A stretch of 64,000 bases of DNA from an uncultured Verrucomicrobiae bacterium (GTDB lineage Bacteria > Verrucomicrobiota > Verrucomicrobiia > Limisphaerales > Palsa-1400), in assembly GCA_963702845.1 (NCBI GenBank), contig OY969763.1, positions 640,001 through 704,000 of the forward strand, read 5' to 3'. A model generated the notes under the pieces. The model ran no database searches, was not told the DNA's origin, and saw only the letters and a program-made list of their open reading frames with translations. Shown in pieces: positions 10,666 through 20,620 of the stretch (its first letter is position 1; every line of letters starts with the position of its first letter). Made by a program: the position numbers and the translations under genes.

Positions 10666-11975
10666 ATAAACTCGTTGATCAGGTTCTCGAGAAATTCCTG
10701 GCGGCCGCTGCTATTCGGCGCAGCTTCGCCTTTCTTGAGCATGTATTTCTCGAGAGTTTCGAAACTGGCGCGACCGAGTTCGATGTCCTGGCCGATGTCC
10801 TTGTCCCACGACGCATAGCGCGCTTTGACGAATTCGGCGAGACGTCCGTCCTTGCGCATTGCGGCGGCGATTTTTAGGCCACGCGCAAAAGCATCCATGC
10901 CGCCGACGTGCGCGTGAAATAGATCGTCGGTCTCGAAACTTTCGCGGCGCACTTTGGCGTCGAAATTCACGCCACCAGTCTTCAACCCGCCGGCGTTCAA
11001 GATCGTTAGCATGCACTGTGTCGTCAGGTAAATATCAGTCGGAAATTGATCGGTGTCCCAGCCAAGAAGTGGGTCGCCGGTGTTGGCGTCGATTGAGCCG
11101 AGAGCGTCGGCCGCGACCGCGACTTCCAATTCGTGCTGCATCGAGTGGCCGGCAAGCGTGGCGTGGTTGGTTTCGAGGTTCAGCTTGAGATGATCTTTCA
11201 AGCCATACTCGCGCAAAAAATTCAGGCACGCGGCGGCATCGGAATCGTATTGGTGCTTGGTTGGTTCTTTGGGTTTTGGCTCGATGTAAAACTGGCCTTT
11301 GAATCCGATCTTCTTTTTGTGCTCGACCGCCATGTGCAAAAATTTGGCGAGGTGATCGAGTTCGCGTTTCATGTCCGTGTTCAGCAAAGTGGAATAACCT
11401 TCGCGCCCACCCCAAAACACATAGCCTTCGCCACCGAGTTCATTGGTGACCTCGAGCGCTTTCTTGACCTGCGCTGCGCCGTAGGCAAAAACGTCGGCGT
11501 TGCAGCTCGTGGCCGCGCCGTGCGCATAACGCGGATGCACGAACAAACAAGCTGTTCCCCAAAGTAAACGAATTCCGGTGCGCTGTTGTTCCTCCTTCAG
11601 GACTTTCGCAACTGCGTCGAGATTCTTATTCGTGTCAGTGAGCGACGCGCCTTCTGGTGCAACGTCGCGATCATGGAACGCATAAAATGGCGCGCCGAGC
11701 TTCTCGATAAATTCAAAGGCCACGCGCGCGCGATTCTCCGCGTTCGCAACCGAATCCGAGTTATCGTCCCACGGACGGAACATGGTCGGGCCGCCGAACA
11801 TATCCGCGCCACGTCCACGGAAGGTGTGCCAATAAACGACGGAAAAACGGAGGTGATCCCGCATCGTTTTGCCTTCGATCACCTCGTCGGCGTTGTAATG
11901 TTTGAAGGCTAACGGATTCTTGGACTTCGGACCTTCGTATTGGATTTTTGAAATTTTTGGGAATGCCTGAGACAT
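10662..11975 (-). CDS. xylA: Xylose isomerase (class II)
   Basis: [40 protein letters not shown]. Confidence 0.98.
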   Translation of the reverse strand: MSQAFPKISKIQYEGPKSKNPLAFKHYNADEVIEGKTMRDHLRFSVVYWHTFRGRGADMFGGPTMFRPWDDNSDSVANAENRARVAFEFIEKLGAPFYAFHDRDVAPEGASLTDTNKNLDAVAKVLKEEQQRTGIRLLWGTACLFVHPRYAHGAATSCNADVFAYGAAQVKKALEVTNELGGEGYVFWGGREGYSTLLNTDMKRELDHLAKFLHMAVEHKKKIGFKGQFYIEPKPKEPTKHQYDSDAAACLNFLREYGLKDHLKLNLETNHATLAGHSMQHELEVAVAADALGSIDANTGDPLLGWDTDQFPTDIYLTTQCMLTILNAGGLKTGGVNFDAKVRRESFETDDLFHAHVGGMDAFARGLKIAAAMRKDGRLAEFVKARYASWDKDIGQDIELGRASFETLEKYMLKKGEAAPNSSGRQEFLENLINEFI

Positions 11976-12205
11976 AAAAATTGAAATACGCAGCGAGTTT
12001 GGGGGCGATGATTCATTTCCGGCAAGAGAAAACAGCGGTGATATTGGACCTGCTTGTGCTTACAAATCCAACAATAGGGCAGTGGCTTTTGCAGTCGTGA
12101 GAAAATGAGGGGGCGCCTGGCGGCTGTTACTTCGGTGTTTTTGTAAGTGTCTTATTAGCAGCGTGCAATAAACGTGGCCTGCTGCGGGATTTGCAGATCT
12201 GTTGT

Positions 12206-12221
12206 TGGCACGGTTCCGGCT
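12206..12221 (+). promoter_or_regulatory. Candidate sigma54 (-24/-12) promoter
   Basis: TGGCACG-GTTC-CGGCT gives GG-N10-GC; ATG follows 12 nt after the GC. Confidence 0.5.
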
Positions 12222-12232
12222 TTATCTCAAGT

Positions 12233-12421
12233 ATGATCGCACGTGTAATACGTCTCAAAACCAAACGATCCAGCGCCCGCCGAGTTTCATTGGCGCGTCC
12301 CAATAGCTTTCGTCATACGGCAGAGCCGCAAGACCACCCCGCCTTTGGATTGCCTGATTCTTATCAATCATGGCTGAGCGACGGCGCTTCCAAAGAAATC
12401 GGTGAATTTTATCGCGCCTAA
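12233..12421 (+). CDS. Candidate small protein (62 aa)
   Basis: Only sizeable ORF in a 500-bp gap; starts at the predicted sigma54 TSS. Confidence 0.45.
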   Translation: MIARVIRLKTKRSSARRVSLARPNSFRHTAEPQDHPAFGLPDSYQSWLSDGASKEIGEFYRA

Positions 12422-12493
12422 GAACGCGAAACATCCGTATCCGTTAGCTAAAGGAGTGTGGGGTACGGGATTTCGCGTTCTGGGGCGCAACGT

Positions 12494-13846
12494 TTATAGC
12501 GCCGTTGGATAAGTTTCGGGAAGTTCACCTTCGTCCCATTGCGACGTTCGTTCCAAAGGTTCTACCGCCTGGGTTTCGTCAAAATGAATCACCGCGTCGA
12601 ATTGTTCGGCGAGGTTTGATGAAAAATAATGGCTCCAACGTTCCGTGTCGGGCCGGTAAACGACCCCAATCGCACGTTCCAATAATTCCGGCGCCAATGC
12701 GCGATACAGAGTTCTGTTATCACGAATAGTGAGCAGGAAATCCGCAATACCGACCTCATGAAACAATTCTTCATAACTGTCCCGGAGCGGTTCTCGCACT
12801 TGTTTGCGTTCGGCTGGGTCGCCCCAATCTGACGCGGCGGTGACAGTCCCGGTTGCGGTCGTAAATCCCACGAGAACAGTTTTATCTCCGTGCCGCTCAC
12901 GCATCAACTGGCCAATGTTTAACTCACCCCGATTGGTCATTTGGGTAGCCCGTGCATCGCCTAAATGCGAATTGTGCGCCCAGACAACGGCTTTCGGAAC
13001 TTCACCCTGGCCACGGAAGTGATCCATTAAACGATCGAGCGTGTTGACCATGTGCGTGTCGCGCAGGTTCCAAGTATTCGGACGGCCGCGATACATGGCG
13101 CGGTAATATTGTTCGGCGTTCTTTGCAACGAGCGCATTCTGTTCGGCAAAGAACAATTCATCGGCAGCGGCACGACCATCGCGGGATAGGAAGTCCATTG
13201 CGCGCTTTTGCAACTCGATGAGCTGTTCGACCACCACGTCTTCGCACGAGAGTGATTTGTGCTGACTCGCCGTTAGACCGTAGGAGTGCGCGTCGTCGCC
13301 GAAATGTTCAAAACAGGAGTATCGCATGCGCGCTTCCATGGCGGCTTCGGGATCCATTTTTTGCAGGTAACGAATCACTGCGTCGATCGAGGCGTGCAGG
13401 CTGTATAGGTCGAGACCGTAGAAACCAACTTTGCTCCAAGCGGGGTGATTGCTGGTGGTGGCATTGTGAGCGCGCAACCAGCCGATGAAACCAACCATAT
13501 CCGCATTACGCCACATCCATGTTGGAAAACGTTTGAAATCGCTGAGCGCTTCATTGGCAGTATCGTCCTGGTCGCCACCGCGAATGTATCGATTCACACG
13601 CAGTGCGTCTGGCCAATCCGCTTCAAGTACGATCACATTGAACCCTTTTTCCGTGATGAGCCGCTTGGTGATTTCCGCACGCGCGTTGTAAAATTCGTGT
13701 GTCCCGTGGGTCGATTCTCCGAGCAGAACAAATTGAGCATTGCCGATTATTTCGATGAGCGGATCGTAATCGGTGGATTCGCCCGTGATAGGGGATGCGA
13801 ATTCGCGAACGGTATCGGCAGTCTGATGCAAACTGAGCATCGCCAT
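12494..13846 (-). CDS. Erythromycin esterase family protein
   Basis: LLGESTHGTHEFY, EADWPD, FPTWMWRN, WAHNSHLGDARAT, ERAIGVVY; AGGAGG SD. Confidence 0.92.
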   Translation of the reverse strand: MAMLSLHQTADTVREFASPITGESTDYDPLIEIIGNAQFVLLGESTHGTHEFYNARAEITKRLITEKGFNVIVLEADWPDALRVNRYIRGGDQDDTANEALSDFKRFPTWMWRNADMVGFIGWLRAHNATTSNHPAWSKVGFYGLDLYSLHASIDAVIRYLQKMDPEAAMEARMRYSCFEHFGDDAHSYGLTASQHKSLSCEDVVVEQLIELQKRAMDFLSRDGRAAADELFFAEQNALVAKNAEQYYRAMYRGRPNTWNLRDTHMVNTLDRLMDHFRGQGEVPKAVVWAHNSHLGDARATQMTNRGELNIGQLMRERHGDKTVLVGFTTATGTVTAASDWGDPAERKQVREPLRDSYEELFHEVGIADFLLTIRDNRTLYRALAPELLERAIGVVYRPDTERWSHYFSSNLAEQFDAVIHFDETQAVEPLERTSQWDEGELPETYPTAL

Positions 13847-13911
13847 AAAACCTCCTGCTCAAACCTAAAACCATTTACGCGGTACGCAACGGGCAGGAAG
13901 GCGCAGCCCCT

Positions 13912-14532
13912 CTATGGCGTGACCGATTTCTCGTCGATTACTTTCTTGCTGATCAGCTTCTGAAGTTTCGGGCGGATGATGAATGCGCAGTAACCCTGGC
14001 TGCCGTGTGTATTGTAGTAGTTCTGGTGATAATCTTCGGCCGCGTAGAATTTCTTCAGCGGCACGATCTCCGTGACGATCGGGTCTTTATAATTCTTCTG
14101 CGCTTCTGCCTTCACTTTTTCAGCAACCTTCTTTTGCTCGTCGTCCGAATATAGAATGACAGAACGATATTGGGTGCCGACATCGTGTCCCTGGCGATTA
14201 AGCGTCGTCGGGTCATGCTCTTCAAAGAATACTTCCAGCAACTTGTCGTAAGAAATCTGCGCCGGGTCGAACTTGATTTGAATGACTTCCGCGTGACCGG
14301 TGTTGCCGTGGCAAACTTGTTCGTAGGTCGGGTTTTCTTTAGTGCCGCCGGCGTAACCGCTGGTGACGGATTTCACGCCGGGAATCCGTTGAAACACGGC
14401 TTCACCGCACCAGAAGCAGCCACCTCCGAACGTGGCGGTCTGCAGATTCTTTTCGGGCTCGGTGGATTTTTCAGGAGCGGCATTCATACAAATTGCAGTA
14501 GTTAAAAGAGCGCCAAGTGCCAGGATCAGCAT
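13912..14532 (-). CDS. msrA: Peptide methionine sulfoxide reductase A with a signal-like N-terminus; start may be 14598
   Basis: [34 protein letters not shown]. Confidence 0.95.
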   Translation of the reverse strand: MLILALGALLTTAICMNAAPEKSTEPEKNLQTATFGGGCFWCGEAVFQRIPGVKSVTSGYAGGTKENPTYEQVCHGNTGHAEVIQIKFDPAQISYDKLLEVFFEEHDPTTLNRQGHDVGTQYRSVILYSDDEQKKVAEKVKAEAQKNYKDPIVTEIVPLKKFYAAEDYHQNYYNTHGSQGYCAFIIRPKLQKLISKKVIDEKSVTP

Positions 14533-14633
14533 TTCAGCTAGAGACCATCGGCTGAAACCGATCGATTCGAACTTCCGATATGTATTGGTGCACATCATCT
14601 GTTTGACTTGGGTCTGGACGAAACGTTCAACGG

Positions 14634-14846
14634 TTATTTAGGTTTGTCCATATCTTCTTCGTTCAGGTTTTCGAATTCTTTGAAATGATCGGGCCGCAAC
14701 GGTTCGGAAATTTTATTTTCTTCGCCGAGCCATTTGCCGAGGTCGACCAACTTGCAGCGTTTGGAGCAGAACGGGCCCCATGGCGTCGAAAGCCAGTCGC
14801 CTGCTTTTTTGCAAGTCGGGCATTTTATCTCGCGCGTGTTGGCCAT
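14634..14846 (-). CDS. yacG: DNA gyrase inhibitor YacG
   Basis: [19 protein letters not shown]. Confidence 0.92.
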   Translation of the reverse strand: MANTREIKCPTCKKAGDWLSTPWGPFCSKRCKLVDLGKWLGEENKISEPLRPDHFKEFENLNEEDMDKPK

Positions 14847-14998
14847 GTCTAAAAACCTAATGCAAACCTCTCTCCCAGCAAAGAGACATTGCGCACGCTA
14901 GTTGGTGCGCCGGGGGGTTGGTCTCGACTTGGCTGAACAGTCTCGCGGCATGAATAAAAGCTTTAGCAAAAGCGCGGATTCCACTAAAATCCGTCACA

Positions 14999-17638
14999 AT
15001 GCGAGGTCTTTTTAATTCTGTTTTGGCGTTCGCTTTCGCGTCGTTACTCACCTCTGCGTCTGCGCTGACTATTACAACGCAACCGAAAGCGACCACTGTC
15101 AATGCCGGTTCCACCGCTACTTTCAGAGTGGTCACCACCAATGGGACCGTCACGGCTTATCGATGGTTCTTTGGGACAACTGCTTTGCAGGACGGCACGA
15201 ATAACTCCGGCGCCGTCATTTCCGGCTCTCAGACTGCAACGCTCACCATTGAAAATGTCACCACCAATCTAAATGCGGGCATGTTCAAGGTCGCCGTTTC
15301 CAACGCCGCGAGTCCCGTGGTAAGTATCGCCGCAAGGCTATCAGTGATTCGGGGCACGTTGGTGAACTTCGACGTGCCGGGTGTGGGAACTATGGTCGTG
15401 GAACTCTTCGACCACGACAAACCGGTTACAGTCCAAAACTTTTTGCGCTATTTGCAGAGCGGGTATTCAGGATTTACAAACTTCTACGCGAACGCGTTCT
15501 TTAGTCGGCTTGAGAAAGATTTCGTCCTGCAAGGCGGCGATTTTGCTCCGTATCCGATGGCGTTGGGCAATGCGTTTACGAACGTTTACTCCATCGCGGA
15601 CGTGGCTTTGTCCACGCTTAATGCTGTTGGGGGTGGATTGTTGTGGTATGTGAATAATGAATCGAGCGTTGGTCCGCACATACGCAACACATTCGGAACG
15701 CTTGCCATGGCAACGCCCGATGGATTTCCAAATCGCGCCCGTTCCACGTGGTTCTTCAATTTGGCCGACAATTCAGGTAATCCGCAAAATCTCGATACCA
15801 CTAACGGCGGCTATGCCGTGTTCGGACGTGTCGTGCAAGGCCTCGACGTGCTCACGACAATGAATCAATTGCCGTCTAACCAGATTATTTCGCACGACGT
15901 GACGACGCAGATTACGTCGACGATTTACGGCACAAACACCTTTCTAACTTTGCCGGTCAAAACCACCGATGCGAACAACGTCCACATTTCGGATCTGTAT
16001 CTCATCAACAGTTCGCTCTTGTCGCGACCGCTCTTCGATGTAATCAAACCCACTATTAAAATTACTTACCCTCCCGCGAATGCGATGCTGACGAATGGCG
16101 TTTTTACGATGCGCGGAACCGCAAGTGATAACGTGGGTGTGGCCGGGGTGTATTGTCAGAACCTGTTTTACCATGCTGTGGGACCTGATTTCTTGGACAA
16201 CGACGAGAGCCTTATCGGCCACATCTTTTTGACGGGCACAACAAATTGGTCCGCTGATGTTAATCTGCATCCGGGACCCTGGAAAATGATCATGACGGTT
16301 TACGACGGCCACGGCAATTGGTCGCAGGTTACCGAAAATTTTGTCGTCCTCAGCCCATTGACTGTAACCACAAGCGGCACTGGAACGGTTACGCCGAATT
16401 TGAATGGCAAATGGCTCGCACCCGAAACGAGATATTCAATGACAGCTACGCCGGGCCGCGGACAGTTGTTCGCTTACTGGAGTGGCGTGCGCAATGGCGA
16501 AACGTGGATATTTCCATATAATGACGACACATGGACTTTCCTTGGCAACGACAACTTTAAAAGCGGCCCGCAGCTTGGCCCCAAAGTGACGACGCCTGCG
16601 TTGAACTTCACGATGTATACCAATCTGACTGTCACGGCGAATTTTGTGTCCAACTACTTCCCGGTCGTGCAAGGAACCTATTACGGACTCGTCGCTCCGA
16701 CGGACCACAACTTCATCACTGTTTCCAATGCCGGCCTGTGTAAAATTTCGAGTGCCTCTGTCGGTTCGTTCAGCGGCACGCTGTCCATGTTGGGCAAGAT
16801 GTTTTCCTTTTCAGGGAAATGGGATTATGCCGGAAACGCGAACGGTGTTGTCATTGCGCGACCCGGAATCAGCAACTTAACGGCAAACCTGAGCATCGAC
16901 TTGAGCAATAATCTTGGGCAGGTGACCGGCACGATCAATGGTCCTGGCTGGACGTCTGACGTGAATGCATACCGCAGCGTGACTAAACTGACCACAAATA
17001 CTGTCCCTGCGACACGCAATTATGTCATGACCATTCCGAGCCAATCCGCGAACAGCGATCTCGGCGACAGTTTCGCGACCGTGAGCGTGTCATCCATCGG
17101 CACGTTGACGATTAATGGATTGATGTCCGACAACACGCCTTGGACCGAATCGGTCGGGGTAGGGCAGAGCGGCAACTTCCCGCTCTTCGCGTCACTATAT
17201 AGCGGACGCGGACTGGTGATCGGTCTGCAGGAATTCGCGGACAACAGCGTCGCTCGCTGGATCCGCCCGGCGATTTCAAATGCGTATTATACGAACGGTT
17301 TCTCGACCGGCGCGTTCTTCGACGGGCTGCATCAATACGTTCGCCCAGCGGCAAATAGCACCTACACACTTCGCTTTGGCGGCAATACGTTGACTGAAGT
17401 CGATTACTCGCTTCGTGTCAGTACTGCGGGACAATTCGTAGTGACTGGCGGTTCGGGCAAGGTCCCAACACTCGTTCTGACCGCAACCACTGGCGCAATC
17501 TCCGGCACTTGGACAGACAGCAATAACGGAAAATGGACGCTCAAAGGCGTTTTCCAGGATGCGTCGGCTGGTGGAACCGGATTTATTCTTGGACCGCACG
17601 GCCAAACCGGTTACCTGCACATCAACCCGACGCCATAA
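14999..17638 (+). CDS. Secreted Ig + cyclophilin-type PPIase + long beta-rich C-terminal module
   Basis: ITTQP Ig domain; KPVTVQNFLRY, FVLQGGDF, GTLAMA, GYAVFGRV; C-terminus similar to 18365..20620. Confidence 0.85.
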   Translation: MRGLFNSVLAFAFASLLTSASALTITTQPKATTVNAGSTATFRVVTTNGTVTAYRWFFGTTALQDGTNNSGAVISGSQTATLTIENVTTNLNAGMFKVAVSNAASPVVSIAARLSVIRGTLVNFDVPGVGTMVVELFDHDKPVTVQNFLRYLQSGYSGFTNFYANAFFSRLEKDFVLQGGDFAPYPMALGNAFTNVYSIADVALSTLNAVGGGLLWYVNNESSVGPHIRNTFGTLAMATPDGFPNRARSTWFFNLADNSGNPQNLDTTNGGYAVFGRVVQGLDVLTTMNQLPSNQIISHDVTTQITSTIYGTNTFLTLPVKTTDANNVHISDLYLINSSLLSRPLFDVIKPTIKITYPPANAMLTNGVFTMRGTASDNVGVAGVYCQNLFYHAVGPDFLDNDESLIGHIFLTGTTNWSADVNLHPGPWKMIMTVYDGHGNWSQVTENFVVLSPLTVTTSGTGTVTPNLNGKWLAPETRYSMTATPGRGQLFAYWSGVRNGETWIFPYNDDTWTFLGNDNFKSGPQLGPKVTTPALNFTMYTNLTVTANFVSNYFPVVQGTYYGLVAPTDHNFITVSNAGLCKISSASVGSFSGTLSMLGKMFSFSGKWDYAGNANGVVIARPGISNLTANLSIDLSNNLGQVTGTINGPGWTSDVNAYRSVTKLTTNTVPATRNYVMTIPSQSANSDLGDSFATVSVSSIGTLTINGLMSDNTPWTESVGVGQSGNFPLFASLYSGRGLVIGLQEFADNSVARWIRPAISNAYYTNGFSTGAFFDGLHQYVRPAANSTYTLRFGGNTLTEVDYSLRVSTAGQFVVTGGSGKVPTLVLTATTGAISGTWTDSNNGKWTLKGVFQDASAGGTGFILGPHGQTGYLHINPTP

Positions 17639-17639
17639 T

Positions 17640-18269
17640 GTGACCATTTTCATCGCGACGCGTAATGCGCATAAAGTCCATGAGATCCGTCAAATTCTTG
17701 GGGCGGATATTCGGTTTTTGACGTTGCGGGATTTGCCGAATGCGCCCGAAGTGGTGGAAGATGCCGATACGTTCGCGGGCAATGCAGTTAAGAAAGCAAC
17801 CTCGTTGGCTAAATGGCTCGCCGATCAACCGGAGATCAACAAGGGCGAATTGTATGTTCTCGCCGACGATTCCGGTCTCGAAGTGGACGCATTAAACGGC
17901 GCACCTGGAGTCCATTCGGCACGCTTTGCCGCGGATGACAAAACCAAAGGCAATTCTGCCGACAGTGCAAACAACGCAAAATTGCTGCAGTTGTTGCAAA
18001 AAGTCCCAATGGACAAGCGGACGGCGCGGTTTCGCTGCGTGTTGGCGTTTACACCGGTGGCCAACGCGCAGAGTGCCAGCACGTTCGACGGCGCTTGCGA
18101 AGGCCGAATCGAGTTGGCACCACGTGGAACGTCTGGGTTCGGCTACGACCCATTGTTCATCCCCAACGGCTACTCCCAAACTTTTGGAGAGTTGGGTGAG
18201 ACGGAAAAAAACAAGCTGAGCCATCGCGCCAATGCCCTCGGAAAACTGCGGTCGTCCCTAGGTAAGTGA
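17640..18269 (+). CDS. rdgB: dITP/XTP pyrophosphatase
   Basis: ATRNAHK, LADDSGLEVDALNGAPGVHSAR, GFGYDPLF, SHR. Confidence 0.95.
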   Translation: MTIFIATRNAHKVHEIRQILGADIRFLTLRDLPNAPEVVEDADTFAGNAVKKATSLAKWLADQPEINKGELYVLADDSGLEVDALNGAPGVHSARFAADDKTKGNSADSANNAKLLQLLQKVPMDKRTARFRCVLAFTPVANAQSASTFDGACEGRIELAPRGTSGFGYDPLFIPNGYSQTFGELGETEKNKLSHRANALGKLRSSLGK

Positions 18270-18364
18270 TCCCGTTTCAAATTGACAACTGCACAGGAGT
18301 TCCTTTTAATTACGACGGCCAATTAGACACACGCTTGTCCGAGCTGAATGCAGTACCCCAAACA

Positions 18365-20620
18365 ATGTTTACGCTGCTAACCCATCGGTTGCGCTTCTTG
18401 TTCGCAACGGCGCTCGGGCTGTTTTGTTCGTTCGGTTTTGCTGATATCGCATGCGCGGACAATCCACCGTCCTCTATCACGTACACGGAAATTTATCGTG
18501 ATACGATCCGCAACGACCCCGACTTCGGTCCGTTCGTCATACCGATCGTCTCGTCCTCGTTATCGGTCACACTATATACGAATGTGCCGAGTGCAACGTT
18601 TAGCGCGAAGACGCCATGGGACATCACTTTTGGACTGCTCGAGATATCCGGCTCATTTAGCAATGATCCAAATTACACGGTTGGCAAAACCTCCGCCGCT
18701 TTTCCATTTGTTGATCCAAATACGTCTCAAGTCGCCGGGGCTATTTTCATGTCGTGGCAGTCCGACCATTTCATGCTCACGATCAGGACGAGTTCAGATT
18801 TTGTCGATGCTTTGGATTTCTATACTGGCGCAACGCAGCCGATCAGCGATGCCTCTGATTTAACAATCACGGTTGGCAAATTGGCTCATACGAGCACCAT
18901 TTTCCTCAGCGGCCACAATACGCATCGAATCGATCCGGTTAGTCAGTTGGATTTGGACACGGGAAATATTCTCGGAAAAGGAGATTTTATCGGTCCGACC
19001 GTCTCCATTCAGTCGCCGGCGCCAAACTTTGCCACATTTAACTCGGCTTTGAATGTAACTGGCCTGGCTACTGATAACATCGGCGTTGGTGCCGTTATGT
19101 GGCGTTGGGCGGTGCCCGGCGAGGATCCTAGCCGCGGTGCGTCGCGGTTCGACGATTGGAGCTCGGTGGACGTGCTGAATATCCCTGAGACCGGACTGGC
19201 CACGCGCGCGACATGGAGCACGGCAGTGGACATGAGCTTCAACGAACCAGGCACGAATCGTTTTTGGGTCACTAGTCAGGATCCCGCCGGGCATTTTTCC
19301 GCGATACAAACCCGACAGTTCTTTTATTCCGTTCCAAGTTACCTGACCTTGCAATCGACTGATGGTGGCCGACCTGTTGGTGGACCGGGAGTGTTCAACA
19401 ACGCGGCACTGATAATCAATCGTCCCTATTCCGTCAACGCAATCGCTAATCGTGATAGCATTTTCCTGAACTGGATCGACGGAGATGGAACGGTGGTATC
19501 GATCACGCCGCAATACAAATTCCTGATGCAAGATTCCCTGACCTTGCAGGCAAACTTCGGGCCCAACCCGTTTCCCGCAGTCGCCGGTGTGTATAACGGA
19601 TTGTTCAATCCTGCCACCGGAGTGAGCGAGCTCGATTCGGGTTTGATTTCCGTGACCGTTAGTTCGCATGGCACTTACTCGGGTCACGTGACGCTTGAGT
19701 CCGGAACGTATTCGTTCACAGGCCAGTTTGGCTTCTACGGAAACGCGGGCGATCCCAACGCGGCGGACACAACATTCCAGATTACAGCCAAGGGATTGAA
19801 GCCAATCTTAGGCTCACTTCATATCGCGGGCGCGGGACCGAATGCCTTGAGTCGCAATCTCACTGGTCAACTTTCCGTCTTTGATGCACGCCTGCAAAAG
19901 CGCGTTGTTTCAGTGATCGACGCCGGGTATTCGGCCGGCGCAATCGGTGATGTTGCGGCAGGGTTGTACAATTTCCAGCTTCCTTCATCCCAGGGCACCA
20001 CTCAGATTGGGCCACTCGGTTACGGATACGGAAGTGTGACGCTAAAATCGAATGCTTTGGCTACCACGATGGTAACGCTCGCTGACCAGACGCCGGTTGC
20101 CACTTGCAGCAGCGCCTTAGTGGAAGGCGGCAGTTTACCGGTGTTTATCTCTGGCTATGGCGGCCTGGGAATTATGATCGGATGGCTCACATTCACGAAC
20201 GAAGCCACCAGCGATTTGCGCGGCGACAATGTGCATTGGATCAAACGTCGTCGCCCGGCTAATGCATTTTATCCTGATGGTTTTCATCGGATTTTTGAAG
20301 TGACTGGTTGCCGCTACGTAGCGCCGAAGGCCGGCACAAACATCCTGGGTTGGACCAGTGGAACGGTGAGTTTCGCTGACTTTGCCTTCTCTGGGACGGA
20401 AGGAATAGCGTTCGATCCGAAGCTCAACCGCTTCAGCTTTCCGGCAAATCAGGACAATTTTCGGATTGGCTTCTCGCCCGCGACGGGCATTTTCACCGGC
20501 ACGTTCGCTTCTAGGCCATCTCTGCCTCTTCGCGGAATTGTGCTGCCGAAATTGAATACGGCCTACGGCTTTTTCCTCGATCAAAACCAGAGCGGTTTTG
20601 TCGTCTTCAGCACGCCTTAG
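18365..20620 (+). CDS. Secreted beta-rich protein sharing its C-terminal module with 14999..17638
   Basis: Signal peptide; ATDNIGV, ANFGPNPFPAVAGVYNGL, GFFLDQNQSG. Confidence 0.8.
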   Translation: MFTLLTHRLRFLFATALGLFCSFGFADIACADNPPSSITYTEIYRDTIRNDPDFGPFVIPIVSSSLSVTLYTNVPSATFSAKTPWDITFGLLEISGSFSNDPNYTVGKTSAAFPFVDPNTSQVAGAIFMSWQSDHFMLTIRTSSDFVDALDFYTGATQPISDASDLTITVGKLAHTSTIFLSGHNTHRIDPVSQLDLDTGNILGKGDFIGPTVSIQSPAPNFATFNSALNVTGLATDNIGVGAVMWRWAVPGEDPSRGASRFDDWSSVDVLNIPETGLATRATWSTAVDMSFNEPGTNRFWVTSQDPAGHFSAIQTRQFFYSVPSYLTLQSTDGGRPVGGPGVFNNAALIINRPYSVNAIANRDSIFLNWIDGDGTVVSITPQYKFLMQDSLTLQANFGPNPFPAVAGVYNGLFNPATGVSELDSGLISVTVSSHGTYSGHVTLESGTYSFTGQFGFYGNAGDPNAADTTFQITAKGLKPILGSLHIAGAGPNALSRNLTGQLSVFDARLQKRVVSVIDAGYSAGAIGDVAAGLYNFQLPSSQGTTQIGPLGYGYGSVTLKSNALATTMVTLADQTPVATCSSALVEGGSLPVFISGYGGLGIMIGWLTFTNEATSDLRGDNVHWIKRRRPANAFYPDGFHRIFEVTGCRYVAPKAGTNILGWTSGTVSFADFAFSGTEGIAFDPKLNRFSFPANQDNFRIGFSPATGIFTGTFASRPSLPLRGIVLPKLNTAYGFFLDQNQSGFVVFSTP

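Noticed and set aside
12494..13846. Macrolide resistance gene
   Set aside because: The family is widespread and mostly uncharacterised, and there is no mobile context.
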